Source: Candidatus Aenigmatarchaeota archaeon (GTDB taxonomy: Archaea > Aenigmatarchaeota > Aenigmatarchaeia > Aenigmatarchaeales > JACQIB01). From it: a DNA stretch of 18,793 bases. The notes beneath the pieces were generated by a model that worked only from the letters and a program-made list of their open reading frames with translations, had not been told where the DNA came from and did no database searches. This document shows, piece by piece, positions 1 to 7,981 of this stretch. The stretch lies in contig JBHIDR010000016.1 in the NCBI GenBank assembly GCA_046760225.1, positions 1-18,793 of the forward strand, read 5' to 3'. Both the position numbers and the translations under genes were made by a program. Numbering within the stretch: the stretch's first letter is position 1; each line of letters opens with the position of its first letter.

Positions 1-77
1 CATTTCTTTATCGGCAATGCCGGAAAATTCATACAGTTCCGTAATCCTTGATTGGTCTCCTTACTGTCTTGCTCACC

Positions 78-1454
78 TTATTCACCTCCTTCCATAATTT
101 CACCATAAACCTTAGAGAGGAATTTCATATAGCCTTCGAGATTTACTGATATCTTTACCTTGTATTTCTCCCTTGCGTCAATTTTCCTCAATGAAAGAGG
201 AAGTTTGGAAAGATTTTTTGCAGCATAATCCCTGGTCTTGTGAATGTCTGGAAGCTCCTTTACAAGCCTTCCGCTGCTCACATACTTCTGAAGAAGTTGT
301 CTCCCTCTCATTACATCATTATCCAAAGCAATTACATCATGATTGATGAAGCCCCCCTCTTCAATCCTGTACACCTGTTTTGTTCCAGGTAGGGTTGCCT
401 TTTCCCTGTCCTCACTCAGCTTTAGCTTGAGTTTGTCATCCAGCTGGGCAAGCTTGTAAACTCCACCAAGGGCAGGCGCGTCCTTTGACAGTATGAGTTC
501 TGTACCTACACCAAATGCATCGATCTTTGCGCCCTTTCTGATAAGGTCGTTTATCTTATACTCGTTCAGATCAGAACTTGCAAATATTATACCGCTTTCC
601 TTCCCAGCAGCATTGAGAATTTCCCTTACCTCCTTGCTGAGCTCTCCCATATCTCCTGAGTCAAGCCTAACTCCCTTTATTTCTCTAGGTAGCCTTGCAG
701 CCTTCTTTGCACCCTCAATAGTATTGTATGTATCAATGAGCGCAACTGTCTCGTTCCCATAAACCTTGAAGTATGCCTCAAATGCCTCCTCTTCATTTGG
801 AAATGACATGACCCAAGAATGCGCATGTGTTCCAAATGACGGTACATCAAACATATAATCTGCAAGAACATTGGAGCTTCCTATTGCGCCTCCGATATAA
901 GCTGCCCTTGCAGCCCTTATAGCAGCTCCAGGATCTGTTCTTCTTGTACCGAATTCCACTACTGCCCTCCCCTGTGCAGCCTCAACACAGCGTGCTGCCT
1001 TGGACGCAATTTTTGTCTGGTGATTGTATGTGCTCAGCAAGTATGTTTCAGCAACCTGAGCCTCTATTATAGGTGCAGTAAGCCTTAACATTGGCTCGTT
1101 TGGGAAGGCTAACTCCCCCTCTGGCATTGCCCAGACATCTCCTGTGAACTTCAAATCCTTCAGATAGCTCCAGAACTCAGGCTTTGCGTTGCGGAACTGC
1201 TTCTTCTTTTTTAGAAAATCTATTGATTCATCATCAAAATTGAATCCTTCAGTCAAGTACCATAATGCCTGCTCAAGACCTGCGACAACAAGGTATGACC
1301 TGTTCTTGGGAAGCTTCCTTACAAAGAGGTCAAATGTAGCAATCTCGTCCTGCTTCTCAAGCTCCCTGTATCCGCGGCTCATAGTGAGCTGGTACATGTC
1401 AGTTGCCAGCATCACCTTGCTTTCAGGTATCAGTCCTGATTTGGGTTTTGTCAT
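78..1454 (-). CDS. pncB: Nicotinate phosphoribosyltransferase
   Basis: 458 aa with NAPRTase motifs: LATDMYQLTM, EFGTRR, GTHAHSW, LIDTYN, GVRLDSGD, FGVGT, ALGGVYKL. Confidence 0.95.
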   Translation of the reverse strand: MTKPKSGLIPESKVMLATDMYQLTMSRGYRELEKQDEIATFDLFVRKLPKNRSYLVVAGLEQALWYLTEGFNFDDESIDFLKKKKQFRNAKPEFWSYLKDLKFTGDVWAMPEGELAFPNEPMLRLTAPIIEAQVAETYLLSTYNHQTKIASKAARCVEAAQGRAVVEFGTRRTDPGAAIRAARAAYIGGAIGSSNVLADYMFDVPSFGTHAHSWVMSFPNEEEAFEAYFKVYGNETVALIDTYNTIEGAKKAARLPREIKGVRLDSGDMGELSKEVREILNAAGKESGIIFASSDLNEYKINDLIRKGAKIDAFGVGTELILSKDAPALGGVYKLAQLDDKLKLKLSEDREKATLPGTKQVYRIEEGGFINHDVIALDNDVMRGRQLLQKYVSSGRLVKELPDIHKTRDYAAKNLSKLPLSLRKIDAREKYKVKISVNLEGYMKFLSKVYGEIMEGGE

Positions 1455-1472
1455 AACATGTCGCCTTTTTTG

Positions 1473-1569
1473 TTAGTGTTTTTGTCACACTTATTTAGTG
1501 TGTTTCTTACACTAAGTAATACGTCCTAATGATATTTAAAGCTATCGATTAGTGTATTTTCTACACTAA
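1473..1569. promoter_or_regulatory. Three palindromic NrtR-type operators (TTAGTGT-N7-ACACTAA) around the pncB promoter
   Basis: TTAGTGT-ttttgtc-ACACTTA 1473-1493; TTAGTGT-gtttctt-ACACTAA 1495-1515; TTAGTGT-attttct-ACACTAA 1549-1569. A minus-strand TATA-like TTTAAATA (1533-1540) lies between sites 2 and 3. The GT-N7-AC core is the known NrtR box geometry. Confidence 0.8.
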
Positions 1570-1647
1570 GTTCCAGTGAATATAGTTAATTGTCGAATTT
1601 TTAGAGAAATCGTAAGAAATATATGACTGTAATATGCATTATTACCT

Positions 1648-1950
1648 ATGAGCGATGACAGCGACCCTGTTTCAAAGATACAGGCTCTTGAAGGTGAAAT
1701 AAAGGAAAAAACAAGGGACTACCCAGCGAAAGAAAAGAACACGTACGCTGGGGTCTGCAACGCGCTGTTTATGGCAAGAAACTCCTATGTAACCGAACAC
1801 TTCAACAAGAACGTCATGCTTGGCTGCCTTAACATTGCCAAGAAGACAGTAAAGAAAATGTCAAATGGTTATTTTGAATACCAGAAGTTTCACAATTATG
1901 TTCTTGAGGAAATCGAAGGAATAGAAAAGACTGTTGCAGCTTCTTCATGA
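1648..1950 (+). CDS. Hypothetical protein (100 aa, probably helical)
   Basis: ATG-started ORF filling the gap between the pncB promoter and the tRNA-Gly 3' end. No motif recognised. Confidence 0.6.
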   Translation: MSDDSDPVSKIQALEGEIKEKTRDYPAKEKNTYAGVCNALFMARNSYVTEHFNKNVMLGCLNIAKKTVKKMSNGYFEYQKFHNYVLEEIEGIEKTVAASS

Positions 1951-1953
1951 AAC

Positions 1954-2071
1954 TGGTGCGCCGACTGGGATTCGAACCCAGGTTATCAGCTTGCTTCAGC
2001 AAGCTTGGAAGGCATCCCCATGGCTTCTGTTCTGGAAGTCATTTGAGGTCCTACCACTAGACTATCGGCGC
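1954..2071 (-). tRNA. tRNA-Gly(TCC) with two introns (29/30 and 37/38)
   Basis: Mature: GCGCCGA TA GTCT AGTGGTA GGAC C TCAGC CTTCCAA GCTGA TAAC CTGGG TTCGAAT CCCAG TCGGCGC A CCA (74 nt). Introns: 2014-2043 (30 nt, 29/30) and a 14-nt 37/38 intron AGCTTGCTGAAGCA (1992-2005; central helix CTTC/GAAG). Confidence 0.9.
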
Positions 2072-2924
2072 AAATGTCGAACAACATTATTAATTTGCTT
2101 ATTTCTTCCTTTCTAAATATATTTATACTCCATGAATTCATTGTTCTATCTTTATAGATTTTAGCTTTAATATTTATGGAATTTAACATCAGTAAAATAT
2201 CTTCGAGAATCTCTTTTGTACTTTGTTTAATTGCAAATGTCATCCTTCCATCTTTTCTTATGCTTAAAGATCCATCACTGTTAAAAAATCCAAAAATAAA
2301 CGCAACTTTATTTTCTTTTCCAGATTCTAATACAAATTTTGGTACTCTTATTTTATCCTTTTTTTTACCTAAAGGAATATCAAAGATGTTATGAAGAAAT
2401 TCCTTTAACGGCGCAGAGGTGGTTCTAAGTAAGTAATAATTATCGGTCTGTTTAATGCTGCAATTAATACCGAAGATATTCTTTAGTATAAGCTCGGCTT
2501 TCTTTACTTCTAAATGGGATGAAGAGATAAGCAAGCTACCTTTCCTAGAAGTTATACAGCCATCTCCTAAGATTAAGCCCAATAAATAACTCAAAGATGG
2601 GGTTAATTTTTTGGGCAAAATGATAGGCTTACTACTCCTTGAAGAAAACATTATGTTTTTTTCGCATATCTTATCTAAAAAAGAAAGGTCATTAACTTGA
2701 TTACAAATGTAACAAAACCTTTTTATAGAAATTGGTGTATCTTCCCTCCACTTGTATATTAATGATTCATGAATATTCAGCTCTTTGGCTAAATTATTAA
2801 AAGTCTTTTTTGTCTTTATTTTTAAAAGTATATCGCTTACTATTTTATTAATGCCATGAACGTATATTTCTGAGTCAGAGTTTCTTATTTGTATTAAATA
2901 ATTTTTTAACATGTTATCAGCCAA
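1986..2924 (-). CDS. HTH plus double-motif LAGLIDADG endonuclease-like protein overlapping tRNA-Gly
   Basis: Motifs LSYLLGLILGDGCI and AFIFGFFNSDGSL, N-terminal HTH-like LAKELNIHESLIYKW, visibly AT-rich relative to flanks. Start may be ATG at 2912. The stop codon lies within the tRNA-Gly anticodon stem. Confidence 0.85.
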   Translation of the reverse strand: MADNMLKNYLIQIRNSDSEIYVHGINKIVSDILLKIKTKKTFNNLAKELNIHESLIYKWREDTPISIKRFCYICNQVNDLSFLDKICEKNIMFSSRSSKPIILPKKLTPSLSYLLGLILGDGCITSRKGSLLISSSHLEVKKAELILKNIFGINCSIKQTDNYYLLRTTSAPLKEFLHNIFDIPLGKKKDKIRVPKFVLESGKENKVAFIFGFFNSDGSLSIRKDGRMTFAIKQSTKEILEDILLMLNSINIKAKIYKDRTMNSWSINIFRKEEISKLIMLFDICADSLVVGPQMTSRTEAMGMPSKLAEAS

Positions 2925-2934
2925 CTACACCCGC

Positions 2935-3342
2935 TCAAATGAGAAGGGCGTTCTTTATCCTGTCCTTGATGCTGTCCATCTGCTCCTTGGGTATTTCCTT
3001 CATAGCACCAAAGTTTATTGCATTGCCGTGCCCATCATCAGGGAACCTTGGAAGCAGGTGTATATGGGCATGCGGCATTGCCTCCCCTATTATGTAGGAG
3101 ACAATCCATTCTGTGTCCATTGCCTTTTTCAATGCATTTGCAATCCTGTCTACGACCTTAAAGTACTCCCCTGGTTTCGGTACATCCCATACCCATCTGT
3201 AGTGCTTCTTTGGAATCACAACTACATGTCCGCCGTTCAATGGCCTTATGTCTAGGAATGCCAGGAACTCTGCATCATCGTATACCCTGTAAGCTGGCAT
3301 TTCCTTTTTCACTATCTTGCAAAACACACATTCTCCGTCCAT
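2935..3342 (-). CDS. HIT family hydrolase
   Basis: CVFCKI N-terminus, FLDIRP, GHVVVIPK and HAHIHLLPR histidine triad. Start reassigned to ATG 3342 (GGTGA SD at 3347-3351); the longer ORF runs into tRNA-Trp. Confidence 0.92.
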   Translation of the reverse strand: MDGECVFCKIVKKEMPAYRVYDDAEFLAFLDIRPLNGGHVVVIPKKHYRWVWDVPKPGEYFKVVDRIANALKKAMDTEWIVSYIIGEAMPHAHIHLLPRFPDDGHGNAINFGAMKEIPKEQMDSIKDRIKNALLI

Positions 3343-3356
3343 TTTATCACCATGAA

Positions 3357-3584
3357 TGGTGGGGCCAGAGAGATTCGAACTCCCCTCTGCGGGTATCACC
3401 CTGCGAAAACGCAAATACCCGCGTTTTCTTTCACAGCAGACAAAACGAAGTTGCTTTGCAACTTCAATTCGTCGCTCAACGCTCCACCATAAGTCTGGAG
3501 CCCGCCTTCAGGAAATACAAGAGAGCTTGTATTTTTATCCTACCTGGCTAGACTATGGTTCTGGCCTGAACAAATCAGGTCCCC
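3357..3584 (-). tRNA. tRNA-Trp(CCA) with three introns (4/5, 25/26, 37/38)
   Basis: Mature: GGGGCCA TA GTCT AGCCAGGTA GGAT G GCGGG CTCCAGA CCCGC AGAG GGGAG TTCGAAT CTCTC TGGCCCC A CCA (76 nt). Introns: 3559-3580 (22 nt), 3507-3536 (30 nt), 3395-3494 (100 nt). Anticodon at 3496-3498. Confidence 0.88.
3395..3494 (-). ncRNA. tRNA-Trp 37/38 intron, putative box C/D-type guide for Cm34
   Basis: Guide TGGAGC (3481-3486) is antisense to G31-A36. D'-like TTGA (3476-3479) places C34 at the N-5 position, followed by a hairpin and C'-like GTGAAAG (3428-3434) forming a K-turn. Euryarchaeal tRNA-Trp introns are known C/D guides. Confidence 0.6.
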
Positions 3585-3635
3585 ATCATTGCTGACCCCA
3601 CATGTTCTTATGATAAGAAGTGTGGACAATTGTTT

Positions 3636-4244
3636 TTAAGCCTTTGCCAATGCAAAGGAAAACTTGAATTTCTTGGCTGTTCCTATGACATCAAGGCCAC
3701 AGGCCTTCATCAGCCTTCTAAGCTCGTCTGGTGTCATTGGCTTCTCATAGCCGAAATTCCATTTCCCTCTTTTTTCCTGGAACCTTCTCCACAGCCTGTA
3801 GTACCATGTTGTGCAGGGAACAGAAATAAGAACATAGCCTCCTTGCCTTACAAACCTCTTGTGGATGTTGACCAGCTCCTTCTGCCTCTTTCCCTTGAAA
3901 TGCTCTATCAGGCCTTCGCTGTGCACAAGGTCGTACTTTTCCTTTGACCTGTACTTGAATACATCTGATATGACTGCCTTCACAGGAAGGCCGTGCATCC
4001 TGAAGCTTTGTTTTGCGATTTCCAGGGCATTTCTGCTGTAATCTATCAGGGTTGCCTTTCCTCCATACCTCTTTATCATCCTAGCGCTTATCTGGCCTGT
4101 TCCACAGCCCAATTCAAGTATTATCGGCTTCTTTATCCTGTTATCAAGGAGGTTCTTGTATGCATCAAATGTGACCTTGTTATACAGCCTTGTTGGTAAA
4201 GAACCAAGACTGATGCCTGACCAGTATTCATCCCATTCTGCCAC
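3636..4244 (-). CDS. Class I SAM-dependent methyltransferase
   Basis: ILELGCGTG motif I, LIDYS, YDLVHSEGLIEHF, GGYVLI. GTG start with a GGTGA SD. Confidence 0.88.
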   Translation of the reverse strand: MAEWDEYWSGISLGSLPTRLYNKVTFDAYKNLLDNRIKKPIILELGCGTGQISARMIKRYGGKATLIDYSRNALEIAKQSFRMHGLPVKAVISDVFKYRSKEKYDLVHSEGLIEHFKGKRQKELVNIHKRFVRQGGYVLISVPCTTWYYRLWRRFQEKRGKWNFGYEKPMTPDELRRLMKACGLDVIGTAKKFKFSFALAKA

Positions 4245-4259
4245 TATATCACCATTAAA

Positions 4260-4357
4260 TGGAGCCCCGGGAGGGATTCGAACCCCCGACTTGCCGCTAA
4301 CCCCCGCCCTAACGGGCGCTACAAGGCGGCCGCTCTACCGGGCTGAGCCACCGAGGC
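4260..4357 (-). tRNA. tRNA-Thr(TGT) with a canonical 37/38 intron
   Basis: GCCTCGG/CCGGGGC acceptor, T discriminator, encoded CCA, GCCGC/GCGGC anticodon stem. 21-nt intron at 4299-4319 with a CGCCC/GGGCG hairpin; mature length 77 nt. Confidence 0.93.
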
Positions 4358-4396
4358 ATGAAAATTATTAATAGTTGCATACTTTAAATATCTGAC

Positions 4397-4735
4397 ATGC
4401 TGGGGGTAATACTCGCCATAATATCCGGGATAATGGCAGGCATGGCATACTTCATACAGAAGCAGGGAGTTGACTCCATAGACAGCTGGAAAAGGCTGGT
4501 GAAATCCAAGGTATGGCTGTTAGGGGCAATTATTCTTCCAATAGCGTTCCTCATACACATGGCTGCGCTGAGGTTCGAGAGGCTTGTCATAGTTGAACCG
4601 CTCATAAACACAGCAATAATAACCATAGTCATCCTTGAGTTCCTTGTCCTGAAGGAAAGACCTTCCAGAACAGAGATATTTGCAATAATCGTGTTTTTCA
4701 TGGGAATAGCATTGCTGCAGGTGGGTAGCTTATGA
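4397..4735 (+). CDS. Small 4-TM DMT/EamA-like membrane protein
   Basis: 112 aa hydrophobic, with VEPLINT and FLVLKER EamA-like motifs. Confidence 0.75.
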   Translation: MLGVILAIISGIMAGMAYFIQKQGVDSIDSWKRLVKSKVWLLGAIILPIAFLIHMAALRFERLVIVEPLINTAIITIVILEFLVLKERPSRTEIFAIIVFFMGIALLQVGSL

Positions 4736-5067
4736 AGCATATCCTGATTGCACTAATATCGGGCTGCATGTTCGGGGCAGCCATGGTGCTGACAAAGCTC
4801 TGGCTGTCACCACTGCCAGTAGAGAGCATACTGCTTGCACCTGAGCTGTATTTGATATTTGCCATAGGCATTGCAGGGTTCTTTCTGATGCAAGTGGCAT
4901 TCAAGGGAAGGAAGGCCAGCCAAATCACGCTTGTGATGACAGCTGCTGCAACAAGCCTGCCCATTGTATCAGGGCTGCTGATAGGAGAAATACTGACAAT
5001 GTACGAGACAATAGGTATAATGCTTCTCCTTACAGGAGCATTCACATTACTCTATAAAGGCATTTAA
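4732..5067 (+). CDS. Small 4-TM DMT/EamA-like membrane protein (paired subunit)
   Basis: 111 aa hydrophobic, GLLIGE motif; ATGA overlap with the previous gene. Confidence 0.75.
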   Translation: MKHILIALISGCMFGAAMVLTKLWLSPLPVESILLAPELYLIFAIGIAGFFLMQVAFKGRKASQITLVMTAAATSLPIVSGLLIGEILTMYETIGIMLLLTGAFTLLYKGI

Positions 5068-5089
5068 ATTGAGTGCCTGAATAATAATT

Positions 5090-6193
5090 ATGCGAGTTGC
5101 AATATTTAGCGACACATACAAACCGCAGGTAAATGGTGTGGTGAACTGCATTGACACACTGGACAAGCATTACAGGAAAATGGGAATCAAGACAATGATA
5201 ATAGCGCCAACAGGCACAAAATACAAATTCACTTCATTGACTGTGCCCTTTTACAAGGAGTTCGAGTCAGCAATATTCCCTTATCCGAAGGCTGTAAAGA
5301 TCATCAAGAAGTTCAAGCCAGACATAATACATTCCCACACCCAGTTCAACATGGGGATAGCTGCACTTGCAGCCAGGAAAATTCTGAAGGTCCCAATGGT
5401 GACCACCTTCCACACCCTCATACCTGACTACTTCGGTCACTATTTCTTTGACAGCAAGACAGCAAAGAGGATACTTTGGAAGTACTTTACAAAATACTTC
5501 AAGCGCTGCGATGCTGTCACAACACCGAGCGACCTGATAAAGAAGGAGATAGAGAAGAGGTTCAACAGGAAGGTGCTTGTGATAAGGAACGGCGTGGACA
5601 CAAAGAGGTTCAATCCGAGGAAGAAGTCGAACATCTACAGGAAATACGGGATAAAGAAGAACTATAAGGTCGTGCTGCATGTTGGCAGGCTGAGCAAGGA
5701 AAGGAATATTGCTGACATGATAAGGGCATTCGATAATATCTCAAAGAAAAGGAATGATGCAAAATTCGTGATTGTGGGCCGCGGACCAAAGGAAGAAAAG
5801 TTCAGGGCAATGGCAAAGTACAACAAAAACATAATCTTTACAGGGTTTGTGCCGGACAGGTTATTGCCTGAGTTCTTTGCAAGCGCCTATGTGTTTGTGT
5901 CCCCTTCAAAGACAGATGTGTATCCGCTCATAATTCTTGAGGCATGCGCATCTGGCCTTCCCATGATAGGCACAAAAGTCGGGGGTGTGGGCCGCATCAT
6001 AAACAGCAGAATAGGGTTCAGGTACAGCAACCTCAAGGAAATGGAGAAGCAGTTAAACCATGTGCTTGACAACAAAAAGGCAAGGGACAGGCTTGCTACA
6101 AATGCCAGGAAGTTTGCTGAAGCAGAGTCATGGGATTCCAAGGCAAAGGAGTTCATTGGCCTGTACAAGAAGCTGATAAGGGATTCCAAATGA
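5090..6193 (+). CDS. GT4 glycosyltransferase (monoglucosyl-lipid synthase-like)
   Basis: MRVAIFSDTYKPQVNGV, PDIIHSHT, TFHT, NGVD, VGRLSKE, ILEACASGLP. Confidence 0.9.
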   Translation: MRVAIFSDTYKPQVNGVVNCIDTLDKHYRKMGIKTMIIAPTGTKYKFTSLTVPFYKEFESAIFPYPKAVKIIKKFKPDIIHSHTQFNMGIAALAARKILKVPMVTTFHTLIPDYFGHYFFDSKTAKRILWKYFTKYFKRCDAVTTPSDLIKKEIEKRFNRKVLVIRNGVDTKRFNPRKKSNIYRKYGIKKNYKVVLHVGRLSKERNIADMIRAFDNISKKRNDAKFVIVGRGPKEEKFRAMAKYNKNIIFTGFVPDRLLPEFFASAYVFVSPSKTDVYPLIILEACASGLPMIGTKVGGVGRIINSRIGFRYSNLKEMEKQLNHVLDNKKARDRLATNARKFAEAESWDSKAKEFIGLYKKLIRDSK

Positions 6194-7218
6194 TGGTAAA
6201 CATATTCAATGAGATGATCAGCAAGAGAACAGGAGGGCCCAGGACCTATTCCAAGACAATAATAAGGGAGCTCAAAAAGAAGAAGGCCAGGGTTGTCATA
6301 AACCAGATGTCAGACAGGGCAGACATAACCCATTTCAACTTCTACGGTCCAAAGGCGCTCCTGAAGATAAAGGCAACCTCAAAGCCAACAATAGGGAGCA
6401 CGCATTATACCAAGGAGGAGTTCTTTGAGACATTCAGGGGCGGAAAAATAACAAGCATGGCCATGTGGAGAATTGTTGAGCACATGTACAGGAGGATGGA
6501 TGCGCTGATATCGCCTTCCCATTACACTAAGTCATTGGTCAGGAAATACGGAATCAAGAAGCCAACAGCAGTCATAACAAACGGTATTGAGCCTGCAAAA
6601 TTCAGGTTTGACAAAAAAGGAAGGGAAAGGTTCAGAAAAGAGTTTGGCATAGGAGATGATGACAGGGTTGTTTATTCTGTTGGCTATTGCATACCAAGGA
6701 AAGGCATCCTGGCTATGCTACAGCTTGCAAGGAAGATGAAGGATTACAAGTTTGTCTGGGTCGGGGGTTTCTTCAAGGGCAGCAAGGACAAAGCAAAAAT
6801 CCAGAGACTGATAAGGAATGCGCCTCCGAACTTCATTCATACAGGCTTTGTGAAAAGAATAAGAGATGCTCATTCAGCCGGGGACATCTTCCTGTTTCCC
6901 AGTTATGAGGAAAACCAGGGGATTGTGATCCTGGAGGCTGCTGCAACAGGCAACCCTGTAATACTAAGGGACATCCCTGTGTATGATGGCTGGTTGAAGA
7001 CAAATTATAATTGCATCAAGTGCAGCAACATGAAGCAGTTCATGGGAGCAATAGAAAGAATATCGAACAAGGGTACGAGAAGAAAGCTTGTTTCCAATGG
7101 AAAGAGGCTTGCAAAGGAGCATGACATAAGCAAGAACATAAAATACCTCAAAAAGGCGTATATGCTCACAGTCAACAGGGAGTTTGATGAGCTAGAGGAC
7201 CTGTCCAGCTACAGCTAG
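6190..7218 (+). CDS. GT4 glycosyltransferase (diglucosyl-lipid synthase-like)
   Basis: PRKG and FLFPSYEENQGIVILEAAA..PVILRDIPVY. Start reassigned to ATG 6190, which gives an ATGA overlap with the previous gene. Confidence 0.88.
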   Translation: MMVNIFNEMISKRTGGPRTYSKTIIRELKKKKARVVINQMSDRADITHFNFYGPKALLKIKATSKPTIGSTHYTKEEFFETFRGGKITSMAMWRIVEHMYRRMDALISPSHYTKSLVRKYGIKKPTAVITNGIEPAKFRFDKKGRERFRKEFGIGDDDRVVYSVGYCIPRKGILAMLQLARKMKDYKFVWVGGFFKGSKDKAKIQRLIRNAPPNFIHTGFVKRIRDAHSAGDIFLFPSYEENQGIVILEAAATGNPVILRDIPVYDGWLKTNYNCIKCSNMKQFMGAIERISNKGTRRKLVSNGKRLAKEHDISKNIKYLKKAYMLTVNREFDELEDLSSYS

Positions 7219-7970
7219 AGATTTATTTCTATACCAATAGGGCAATGGTCAGAGCCAAGAACATCAGAAAGTATGAAGGCCTTTTTCACTCTCTTGATGA
7301 TGTTTTTTGGTACGAAAATATAATCGATTCGCCATCCAAGGTTCCGCTTGCGGGCATCCCTGTAATAAGGCCACCATGTGTAGTTTCCTGGCTCCTTGTT
7401 AAAGTGCCTGAAGGTGTCAATGAATTTCTTGGACAATATCTTGTCAATCTGCTTCCTCTCTTCAGGCAGGAACATTATGTTATTTTTATTCTCTTTGGGC
7501 CTTGCCAGGTCTATTTCCTTGTGCGCGATATTGAAGTCACCACACAGAACGACATTTTTCTTGAGCTTGTTAAGGTAACTGAAAAAAGCCGTGTACATGT
7601 CCAGTTTATATGGGAGCTTTGCCTTGTCCCTTCTTCCATGAGGGAAGTATAGGTTGAGCAAAGTAAACTTAGGGTATTTCACAACCAAAACACGGCCCTC
7701 TTTGTCAAACCTCTTTATTCCAAGACCATGCTTCACCTCAAGGGGCTTTTCTTTAGAAAGAAGAGCCACGCCACTGTATCCTTTTCTTTCAGCAGGATTC
7801 CAAAAAGAGAAGTAGCCTTTCATATTCTTTAGTTCATCAGACACCTTGTCTGTCTGAGCCTTTGTCTCTTGTATACACAGGATGTCTGGCTTGTCCTTCT
7901 TCAGCCAGTTCAAGAACCCCTTTCTATGAACCGAACGTATTCCATTGACATTCCAAGATAGTATGCGCAT
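7215..7970 (-). CDS. xth: Exodeoxyribonuclease III / AP endonuclease
   Basis: SWNVNG, IQETK, GYSGV, GDFNIAH, WRIDY, GSDHCP. Confidence 0.96.
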   Translation of the reverse strand: MRILSWNVNGIRSVHRKGFLNWLKKDKPDILCIQETKAQTDKVSDELKNMKGYFSFWNPAERKGYSGVALLSKEKPLEVKHGLGIKRFDKEGRVLVVKYPKFTLLNLYFPHGRRDKAKLPYKLDMYTAFFSYLNKLKKNVVLCGDFNIAHKEIDLARPKENKNNIMFLPEERKQIDKILSKKFIDTFRHFNKEPGNYTWWPYYRDARKRNLGWRIDYIFVPKNIIKRVKKAFILSDVLGSDHCPIGIEINL

Positions 7971-7981
7971 AGTATAACCTA

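Noticed and set aside
1473..1569. Mini CRISPR array
   Set aside because: The repeats are palindromes with variable 7-nt centres and 1- and 33-nt gaps, which is operator geometry; no cas genes are present.
2072..2934. The LAGLIDADG ORF as a giant intron of tRNA-Gly, using GCGGGTGTAGTTGGCTGATAAC near 2913-2934 (resembles a tRNA 5' end and shares GCTGATAAC with tRNA-Gly)
   Set aside because: tRNA-Gly already has a complete 5' strand (GCGCCGA). GCGGGTG cannot pair with TCGGCGC, and I found no BHB central helix in any register. It may be an SD or a degenerate tRNA remnant.
3413..3422. GCGGGTAT as a second guide for position 39 of tRNA-Trp
   Set aside because: The 8-nt complementarity is real, but no D-like NNGA box follows at the required spacing.
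3400..3432. Nested intron within the 100-nt Trp intron (GAAAACGC/GCGTTTTC hairpin)
   Set aside because: It needs a 4-nt bulge, lacks an outer helix, would destroy the K-turn and is not needed to rebuild the tRNA.
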